Shown here: piece after piece, positions 35,646 to 45,092 of the stretch
Position numbering within the stretch: position 1 is the first letter of the stretch
Layout: every line of letters begins with the position of its first letter
DNA from: Psammoneis japonica
Taxonomy: Eukaryota
Assembly (NCBI GenBank): GCA_008632985.1
Contig: QPGO01000089.1
Location: 310,001-357,478, forward strand
Reading direction: 5' to 3'
DNA: 47,478 nt
Translations under genes and position numbers: made by a program
Notes under the pieces: generated by a model
What the model saw: only the letters and a program-made list of their open reading frames with translations
What the model was told of the DNA's origin: nothing
Databases searched by the model: none

Positions 35646-38600
35646 GACGGGTTCCAGTCCCAGGAACACTGACGAAAATGTCGCCAACATGGAAAACTGA
35701 GACATTTTGTGTTGTCTTGCGACAATCAAGAAACAATGCATTCTCTCTGGCTCGGCAGATCCACATGCTTGACTCCGTAGAAAAATCATTTGTTGCCAGT
35801 TTGATGAGACATTTCCAAAAATGTTGCCAAAATCGCCAGTGGCACTTCAGCAACTAGTTTGCACAACATGCCATGCTTTTAACACATGTGTGAGTTTTGG
35901 CAAAGGAAGACACATGGAGACAACGTGAGACAAAGTGAGACAACTTGAGACAAAGTGAGACAAAGTGAGACAACTTGAGACAAAGTGAGACAAAGTGAGG
36001 CAAATTGAGACAAAGTGAGACAACGTGAGACAAAGTGAGACAAAGTGAGACATCGTTGGCGATTGGCGATCAATGCAATGGCCAATGGTCGTGCCACACT
36101 CCTCACTGCGAGCACTGAGCTGGCAGCCACCTTGCTGCTCTACTCTCTGGCAGAGTGGCCACTGTTTTGCTCTGGCTGCTCTCTGCTGCCAGAGCAGAAA
36201 GTGGCCAGAGCAGCAGCGGCAGTTGGCACAGCAGTGGGCAGGCAGCAGGACTGGCACTGCACCGCACCGACAGGGCGGCAGTCGCAGTCGTGCTGCTGCT
36301 TGTTCATCGTTGCTCAAACAATGTAAAAAACATCTGCACACAAACCAATGATTGTCTCACTTTGTCTCAATTTGTCTCACTTTGTCTCAAGTTGTCTCAC
36401 TTTGTCTCACGTTGTCTCCATGTGTCTTCCTTCGCTAAAACGTTGCACATGCATCAATTTGCATTGCATTGCATCAACTGGTCACTCGAGTGCCACTGGC
36501 GATTTTGGCGACATTGTCGGAAATGTCTCATTGAACTGGCGACAAACAATTGTTCCAGCATGTGTGCAGATCTGCCAAGCCAAAGAGAATGCATTGTTTC
36601 TTGATTGTCGCAAGACAACAAAAAATGTCTCAGTTTTCCGTTTTGGTGACATTTTCGTCAGTGTTCCAGGTGGGACTTTTTGTGACATTTGCTGCCCCGC
36701 AGAATTCCACGTGCGAGCTCTGTAGTTCGCACTCTGATTGATGGACACATTTGTCTTTGACACAAAACAAACGGCCAAGTTTGCAGCACATGTGTCTCTG
36801 TTTGCACTGGTGTTTCCTGAGTGTGCATTTTGGTCGGACCAAATTGGCATTTTGGTCGAACCAAAATGCTTTTGTCGACCAAATTGCCGGACCGACCAAA
36901 TCAATTTGGTTGACCAAATTGACATTTGCGAAATCTTGACCACATTGATTTCAGGCACATTTCTGCACAAACAACACCAACGCAGCTTCTACGAAATTTG
37001 CGTGGCGTGTCGACATGCATGTTTTCCAATGGAATCTTCCCGCGAAAACACGCCAAATTCCCCCAACCAAAATGACGTTTTCGGGAAACAAAATCATTTT
37101 GGTTGCAAGCATCAAATTTGTCAACAAATTCGGTTTGACCAAAATGCCCAACAGGAATCATTCGAAAATGTCGCGTGTGGGTCATCTCGCGCACGTGTGC
37201 ACGGTTGTCAGACTGTGCAGGCGTGCGCATGTGTGCGAGGTGTGAGTGGAACATGCGCAGAATTGCTGCTGAGTGAGTTGACATGCGGTGGATTTTCCGC
37301 CGGTGCACAACCTGCATGGTCTGCACAAAACTTTTCTATGCAAGCACCCACTGGCAACCCCTGCGTGTGTTTCTGCGTGTGCTCTCGCACTGATGTCGCC
37401 CTTTTCAGATGGCATTTCGCTGAGTCCCCTGTCAACCTTTTGGCCCCTTCTGCCATTGGTGCACCCTTTTATTTCCATGATGCACAACAATTTTCAGTGG
37501 AAAACGACTGGCGTCGACACTTTGTGGTTCGTGTGCTTGTTGTCTTGTTTGGCAATTTTTTGCGGATTCAGTGCGATTTCTACACAGAATCCAGTGCAAG
37601 TTCTATGCGCTTCAGAAATGTGTGCCGACAGTCATTGCGTCTCCGATGCGATCAACTTCCATCCTTGCCTGAAAGCCCCCAACAATTTCTTTTGCTCCTG
37701 CTGGCCACTCAAGTTCTTCACCTCATGTGGTGAAAGTGCTGTCCCTGTTGTGGCGCCTGCGAGTGTTCGCATGGACAAACCATCGGCATCATCTGACGAC
37801 CGTCCATTTGCTGCGTGGATCGGCTTTTCTGTGCAAGATTCAGTGTCAATTCTACGTGAGAACAATGTTTCTTCCGATGACCTTCTCGTCACATCACCAA
37901 GACTTCCTGTTTCATCCTTGCAAGTCACAAACATCCCCTTTTCCACTTGCTGGCCCACCAAGATCACTGTTCCGAGCAGTGAACTGCACATTGTTGTTCT
38001 GGTTCATGCAATTGTGAAATTCAATCAGTCTTTGTTGAAGACAAGATTCTCCCTCAGAGGCAAAGATTTTCTCTCAGAGCATGCGCTGACTTTGAATTCT
38101 CTGCTTGGCTTGATTGTCCTTTGCTGTGGTGGTTTGGGTGCCTTGCATCCTCTCTGAAAGAAAGCAATGATCTCATTCTGGTGCAATTTTTCCTTGACCT
38201 TTTATCACTGGTGCGCGTCGCTGCAAAGCGGCGCGTTGACCGACTGATCGCACGACATTCTGCCGCACTCTCCTCGCAGGGTGCACTGGAAGTGTGGGTT
38301 GGCCGGCGCCGGTGTTGCTGGGCAAAGGTGTGACAGCACTTAAAATTGGGTTTTGGTTTTTTTTTCTGCGTGGTCTGCACAAAAGATAAATTTGTGTTGG
38401 TCTCTGAAGCTCTCACATGTCACAAAATTGTGTTGTGCTTTTAACAGACACACGCAGCAATTCAAAAATCTTGCAGAACACCCCAAAAGAACTCTGGAAT
38501 CTGCACAAAAAAATTTCCATTTAACGGTGCAAACAGAGTTGTCGCGAAGTGCTTCTCAAAACAACTTCAGATTGAACACAGTGAAACATCGACTGTTGGC

Positions 38601-39532
38601 AAAACAGAGTCACCATCGGACAAATGGATCCCGTGTTCTTCACGCGCAAACAACGCGACAACGCACAACAACGCCATGGCCAGAAACGCAAACGCCGTCC
38701 CCTCATCTACAAGCTGGGAATGCAAGATGCTGTTGAAGTGGTTGGACAATGTGCATGCGCTGCATTCATGGGTCAAGTTGGGTTTCTTCTCGCTGCTTGT
38801 TGTTGTGTCATTTTACAGCGTTTTGACCCGCGCCGTGTTCTTTGCTTTGTTGCTTCTGCTCACGCGCCACCAACAGCTCTTCCTGCAGGGTGTGGCCAGC
38901 TGCACGGCTGCATCGAACCCAAACGTGCGTGACCAACTGGCCCCACCCCGGCTGACTCACAATTGACATTTTGCACAAGGAAAAACACAAAATCGTGTGG
39001 AAATGTGCGCAATGTCATACGAGAGAGTGATTGGAGCTAACAACTTTTCGGGAACTGAATTGAAATGCCATCTGGTTGACGGCATTGGCCTTCACCATGT
39101 GAATCAAAATGCCGTCAATCAGATGGCATTTCAATTGATTTCCTGAGAAGTTGACATTCGCACACGGACAGATGGACAGACTGACATCAATTGTTTTTAG
39201 CACTCTCCTGCACAATTTCTGCGTGATGACTCTCAGGACCCGAATGATTCCCATTGAATTTGGTCCGACCAAAATGCACATTCGGGAAACACTGCTCAAA
39301 GTTTTTGACAATGCGCCTGCCCTGCGCCATTCTTAAGACACTCGAGAATGGCGCAGAAGAAAAAAATGTCAAAAGTTGTTGAATGGATCGCCTGACAATT
39401 GCACCACAAAATGATGCAAAATTTCTCCAAAATCACGTAGAAATGTACGTGCGCGACATACGACGCGATTCAAAAAACCATCGATGTCACAGTTCAGCAG
39501 TGGAGGTCCCACCTGGAGACCTGGAACGCGCC
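35646..39532. mobile_element. Long (~2.9 kb without the foldback) GAC-terminus DNA transposon with 4-bp TSD CATG, inserted in copia integrase
   Basis: Left end gacgggttccagtcccagg|tgggactttttgtgaca, right end tgtcaca...ggtcccacctggagacctggaacgcgcc. CATG at 35642-35645 and 39533-39536. Removing it rejoins integrase KWFCIM-VKKQAPRRLWD. Confidence 0.88.
35664..36666. mobile_element. Foldback-type element, copy 2
   Basis: Same TIRs and 10-bp arrays (35917-36052 and 36352-36420) as 31702..32732. Confidence 0.9.
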
Positions 39533-41420
39533 CATGATGCAAAACCACTTGCATTGAACCTCACGCACAACTCCCTCTACAGGATTCTGGTTGTGCTTGT
39601 CAGGTTCAATGACATGGCAATCAATGCCCTCCTTGCACACCATCTTCATGAACTCCATGCCTGGCTTTGTTTGCTCCTTGGATCCATCTGTCAGGAGTTT
39701 CTCAGGCATGCCAAATTCTTGGCAAAATGCCTTGAGAGCTTTGCCAGCCTTGCTCTTCTTGTCCATGGGAAGATTGCAGCAAAATGGTGTTTGTTCACAA
39801 AGATCTGGGCACATCAATTGCCTTCCAATGAAATCACCTTGCCATTGGCTGTGTTGGTTGCCTGCTCACCTTGCAACCTTGGTTTTGTGAACATCCAATC
39901 CACTCAATGATGCCAACCCAGCATGGGCATCAGTGCTGATCTCACAAGCCTTTGCGTGGTCTTCTTGAGTGTGCTCGCTGCTTGCTTGAGTCCAGTGCAC
40001 CATCGTTTGCTTGAGTCAGCAGCTGTTGCATCACTGTGTCTCTCTTTAGACATGAACATCTTCTGGAGCACTGAGTCTTTAGTTCCATCACCAATCATTT
40101 CTGCAGCAGAGATCTGCACTTCCTTTGACTCTACATTGACCACCACTGTGAGCCCAGATTGGACTTGATCGGCTCCATGGACGAATCTCCCATTGCAACA
40201 GTGCCTGGACTGAGGGTTGCTGTGGACAGGATTGGCTTTGAACTCATGTGTCAGATTGGTGTGAACCATTGCAATTGATTGAACTGGCTCCATTTCCTCC
40301 TCTGCAGATTGTCAAGTGCCAATGGACTTGAGCTCAATGTTCTGTGGATCCCAAGGTTGTTGGGAGGTCATCTGGATCTTGGGGAATTCGCGCAACTCCT
40401 GCTCTGCAGGAGTGCAAGTTGCTGCAACGATGTTGGTCCCCATGGCCTCAAGTGGCATCATGAATGATTTGTCCTCCACAAGGACACACAATGACGAGTC
40501 AGAGCAGGGATTGTCCTGAACCTTGATGCCAAAGTGCTGCAATTGGTTTTGGTTGACCAATGGGTGCTCCATGGAATCAGGCACCCACAATCCCTCATGG
40601 AAGACCAGAACAAACATTGCTCCCGATGTTGGTGATGTCCACGCCATGGCCACTGAAACTGTTGTGGGACACTGTTGATGGAATGGCACCCCTTGTTGAA
40701 AGGTGACACATTGCACTCTTATCCAGAACAACCCAAGAGGGCAAAGTTTTGACCAAAAACAGTGGTGTCAGCCTGCGAATCCATTTCAAGGCATCCATGC
40801 TGTGCCTTGTTCATGTCGCGGATGTGAGTCGTGATTCATGTGTCACACACCATGCTGTTGAGATGTGCAGTGTCAAGGTGACAACTTCACAGATGCATTT
40901 GCTGCAGCTGTGTGGATTGTGCTTGTCTGATTGATGTGGCTGTCCCCCACCCAAATGTGGCAACCAACCACAACACAAAGTTCATGATGCTGCAGAGCAG
41001 GGTCCAGCTCAGCAGTCAATTCTTCTTTGCTCTGCACCTTTTGCTGTGACCACTGAATGCATCCCCGGCATTGTTTCCATCTTGACCATCATCCCTTGAA
41101 TCATCATTGCCAGAGTCGGTGCTGGCGCTGGTGTTCAAGCAGAGATTTTACGGTTTGCTTCTTCAAGCTGTGACGACAGCTTCCAACTCTTCTTTTTGAG
41201 CACCTTGACAGATGCACAAAGGCATTTGGGATTTCCAGGTTGTTTGGAAACACCCAGATGCACACGCTTGTTGACAACCTTCTGTTTGTCCTCCTCACTC
41301 AACTGGCACCAATCCTTGTGGCACCCAGTGTCAATGGACCCGTCTTCATTGCAGATGGTTGTGCCACCAACTCTTCCTCCTCCAGAGGCAACTGCGGCAA
41401 TGGCGCGGTGATGTGATGCG

Positions 41421-41750
41421 TGCAACTGCCAAAGTCACAACAAGTGATCATGTTTTGTGGCAGTGAGTCATTTTCCTCCAATGCCATGTCACAGTTCCAC
41501 CACTTCAACATTTGGAGCACAGAAGACAATCCCTGATGCTCCAGATTTCACTTGCCATCAGCATCAAGCCCATCAAAAACTTTGGTTGTGCCAGAAATGG
41601 AAGCGGCTTGAGCAAAAACCCGCTTCAGTCAGTGCATTGTTTGCAACCATGTTGGCCTTGTGCACACCACCCATTGCAGCATTGCTGGAAGACAGAAGGA
41701 CAAGCAATGTCAGTTTTGTTGTCAGCCCTTTTAAAAACAAAACTTGACAA
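41421..41750 (-). repeat. LTR-like segments homologous to 27890-28300, in permuted order
   Basis: 41421-41550 matches 28171-28300, and ~41585-41740 matches ~27891-28075. Confidence 0.5.
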
Positions 41751-43419
41751 CAGCTGCACTGGTTGTCAGATCTGCAGACAAGAATGAAGCCCAGATTCTG
41801 ATGAATCATGCAATGAATCTCCCAAAAATGGAGCCCAAGAAGTGTTCAAAGAGGAGCTTGTGTGATGCAGAACAGCAACACAATGCTCAGCTCTAAAAGG
41901 CATTGGCTGCCAAGGCTCCAAGAATGTGTTGCCATTCCTTGCAATCTTGACTGCAATGAGGATGAGTTTGGCTTTGATGTCTTCTCTCACTCTGTCAAGT
42001 GCACTGGGTGCATGCAGCCACTGACACACATCCCAACAAGGTTGCTGATGATGCCAAGGAGGCTCTGCGGTTCAAGAGACAAAGTGCTTGACAACATTTT
42101 GCCTTGTCCAAGTGATTCATTCAACAAGTGCACCTCCAACGGATGCAGTTCTGGCTGCGGAGAGTGGGGTTAGAGTCAGGTGAACACCTTGAGGCAGTCA
42201 CCAAGTTTGATGAAGAATGCATGGATGACAGAGTTTGCAAATGCAGCTCCCAATGCATCCAGGCCACTGAAGATCAAGAAGCCACAGCTGCAAAGATTTC
42301 CAAGGAAATGAAGCTGAAAGCAAAGCTGACACTGCAGAGGAGGAAGAACTGGCCTGTGAACACATTGATGAATGTCAAGATTGCAACAAGAGCTCATCAT
42401 GTGGTGCCACAATGAAGCCGGGGACATGGGTGATTTCATGAAATGTGCAGAAAATCACTGCGGACAATCAAGCATGGCCCAGTGCAGCATTGAAGCCCTC
42501 TCTGATTTTCAACATTGCTCCAACTGTGATGGAGGCAAAGTGTCCCTCCAGGAACTCATTGGAGTGCAGTTCAATGTGACCAACTCTCTCTCACAACAAA
42601 GATGAGTGTGTTTCCTGTCTTGACAACAAAGAAGGGGTGCGTTTGTCTTCTTTGACTGCCTTCTGTTTGCTTTGCATTTCGTTTGATCACTTTCTGTTTG
42701 TGAAGCAGCAAAGCTCACCTTTGCCCCTTCCATTTTGTGCACAGCAATTCTGCATGGCTGTGATGAACAGCAAGATGAACAGAGCACAAAGCGTCAACAA
42801 AATGTTGTCTTTGACCCCAGTGAATGTTGATGCAATGGGTGTCAAGTGTGTGATCATCTGCAAACCACGTTCCACCTCATAAATTTCAATTTTGCCTCAA
42901 TGACTTGAATCTCTCTCATTCTTGTGTTTGCATTGCACAGACCGCCAACCAAAAGGCTCATGAAAAGCAAGTCTGTCAATGACATGATGACCTTAAAGCA
43001 AGGAGCTTAAAACAAAAATGACGAGTTTGTTGTCGGCTGCAATGCCCATTTCACATTTCTGGTTGGAACAACAAACAAGCTGACATTGATGAGTTCTCCT
43101 TTGTCAAGGAACAGGCGTCAAAAGTGTCTGACAACCACGTTGCTTCCCTTGTCATCTTCAGAACTGGCTGCTTGCTTGGGGGCATTGTGGGTCACGGCAT
43201 GTGTCCTTTGCGCTCAGCTCGCCAACTGGATCATGCCTTGAAGGTGGCCTCGCACAGAGGAAAGCATGCTGACCCGACCAATGTCACAAGGCAGACCTCT
43301 GGCATTGTCCTCGGAAGGTCTGGCAGCAGCAACAAAACAGTGGCTCCAGCAAAAAAAGCCCCTGTCATCCAATGTTGGCATTTCGGGGTTTGAACTGTCC
43401 AAGGACAAGAAAAGATGCA

Positions 43420-44572
43420 AAGGTTGTGTGGGAGGCACTGTGTCCATGACACCGACCCGCGCGCACTCTCAGGCATCTTGGCCAAATCAATGGAGCTGGG
43501 ATCTCTCACTCTTGTCTCTTGCTTGAGAGCCTCTGGAGAATGGTGTTGCAAACAGTGATGACTTGGACGGCCCTGCTTCTTCTGTGCAAAGCGCTGACCA
43601 AGACATGCTGTGCTTGTGTGCGGAGCTTGTTGCTGTCAAGACGGCTCGCGAAAGTGTCACGAAGCAACTTGATCAAGTTGACCTCAGGAAATCTTTGCTG
43701 ATCTTGTCATGTTTTTTGAGGCTGGCAACAACTCTGACAACGCATTGTCCACTCTGTCTTCTCTGGATGTCCTCAGGGCCGCTCATCTTGTTAAGTTGGG
43801 GAACGAGGCACTGACTGACGTGCGACCAGAAGATCTGCAGGCTGGTCACTTGGATGCCACAGCTCACAGCATTCACCACAAAAATGCAGAACAGGTCATT
43901 GAAGCTGCCAAGTGGGATGACGAATCAAGCAAAACGAGTCTCCATGCAGCCAGCCTTTTGCAAAGATTTCCCTTTTGTCCTTCCCAACCCTTGGTGCTCC
44001 GAAAACAGGATGCGCTCTTGAACCACTCTCTCAGTTTCAGAGCTGTCAGGAGACTCTGGACTCTGAGATGGGTTTGCATTGGATCTGGGTTTCTCAAGGG
44101 TTCAAAAAGGATGAAGAGTTCTGTGGAACTGTCTCTGTGGATCCCGCGATACCAAGCGCATTGGTTGGAGCATGTGTCTGCAGGGGCAGGGCTTGGGACA
44201 AAAGGAGGCATGGAAACAACAATGGCTCTGTGACATCAAGGAGGAGACAGATCAGGAGGCAGCCATCAAGTGGGGCAGCACTGTGACTGCATCAGGGCAT
44301 CCTGTTCATTGTTGTCATGCTGCAGGAAAATGTGGCTTTCACAGCCTTTCTTTTTCTGAGACTGCGCCGCTTCAGGGCTGGCTGTGCACATCTCCCTGGG
44401 TTGGTGCCGGGCTGTCGATCATTGCCAGGGCAAATGAATCATTGTGCTGTTGTGGTTGTGGTGAGGAACTGGAGAGCCAGCCAAAAGAGAAGAGGAGCGC
44501 ATCGAAGTCTGGAGAGAAGTGGTTGTCTGAGACTGCGCCTTGGTTGCCACCACGCTGGAGAGCGAAACTGTG
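43420..44572 (+). pseudogene. Hypermutated partial duplicate of the RING/MIB-HERC2 gene (homologous to ~10290-11428)
   Basis: Colinear alignment (aatcaatggagctgggatctctcactcttgtctctt; gcggagcttgttgctgtcaagacggctcgcgaaagtgtcacgaagc). Differences are dominated by TA->TG/CA and CG->TG/CA. Confidence 0.92.
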
Positions 44573-45092
44573 CATCCAGACATTGTTCTGGAGAACAAGC
44601 TCAGCAACCTTGTGCTCTCTCCACTGGCTTGACTAGAGGGCCTCTACTCCAGCCAGGCTCTCTCTAGCTAGCTAGAGTAGCTGCTGCCAGCAGCAGAGAG
44701 TAGAGCCAGCTGTAAACAATGGAGTTTGTGTGAGCGCGCAATGCATCATCACGCGCGCATGCGATTCAAATTTCAGAAATTTGAATGAATCGCATGTTTT
44801 ATGACGCGTGAATATGATTCAAATGTATTCCTCATATTAATTGCTATATATGGCTTACTTTTTGTCACTTAAAATGAAGCATTCAGTCATTTAGAACCTC
44901 AAAAATAACCGTTGCTGGTTTCCGAGCGCGCACGCACGTTGGTCTCTCGTAGAAGTTATGTGTGACTTTCCAACCGGAGACAGCGTGCACTTACCCAGCA
45001 AAATCCCGCGGCCGCACAACCGCAAACGACACAACACCGTGTGCTCATTGTTCATAAAGTATCCAAGCAAGTGAAGAACTCTTCTTACCACC

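Larger units (their letters stand above)
31221..39210 (+). repeat. ~4-kb tandem segmental duplication (unit 1 ~31221-35184; unit 2 ~35185-39210)
   Basis: cagtctttccagtcctc.gggctgatctt starts both units. Colinear through the integrase fragment, GAC-element left end, foldback and 32737-34225 versus 36670-39210, except for 37331-38367. Confidence 0.92.
28450..41420 (-). mobile_element. Degenerate Ty1/copia LTR retrotransposon (diatom CoDi-like) gag-pol, fragmented by nested insertions
   Basis: Copia domain order on the minus strand. gag C-terminus (DGSIDTGCHKDWCQLSEEDKQKV, ~41200-41400); protease (CLEMDSQADTTVFG, ~40750-40797); integrase (EFGMPEKLLTDGSKEQ...HNQNPVEGVVREV, 39540-39800, continuing VKKQAPRRLWDC below 35645 and 31683); RT (CHVIFDIKM...RRKARMAAG, DIQNAHL, ALCRLKSS, ADPDAWMR, ILVCVDNVL, ~29400-30050); RNase H (FVDGSHAG, APVMWCSKRQDAVKASTF.AE, KKKHHSI, TETNLSDLFT, ~28500-28920). 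Confidence 0.92.
18500..44630. other. Hypermutated domain B (TpA- and CpG-depleted transposon nest)
   Basis: About 26 kb in which TA is rare (survivors mostly TTAA, CTAG, TTAG, CTAA) and TG/CA is saturating. ORF translations are Cys/His-rich and almost Tyr-free. Flanked by TA-rich DNA at 18340-18420 and after ~44630. Confidence 0.85.

Noticed and set aside
28450..41420. ADAR-type A-to-I editing of retroelement RNA, or an alternative genetic code
   Set aside because: Both A->G and T->C occur on the same strand, and they also affect DNA transposons and host-gene copies. Neighbouring genes use Tyr codons normally.
18500..44630. Dense six-frame ORFs rich in Cys/His suggesting many small metal-binding proteins
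   Set aside because: Artefact of TA loss: TAA/TAG stops and Tyr codons are erased and TG/CA codons are gained in all frames.
18500..44630. Classical fungal RIP or plain 5mC deamination as the full explanation
   Set aside because: RIP creates TpA and hits both duplicates, whereas here TpA is lost and the copy outside the domain is spared. CpG deamination cannot change TA to TG/CA.
44640..44710. Palindrome ctctagctagctagag at the right edge of the mutated domain as a boundary element
   Set aside because: Low-complexity CTAG repeat, single instance, with no evidence of function.
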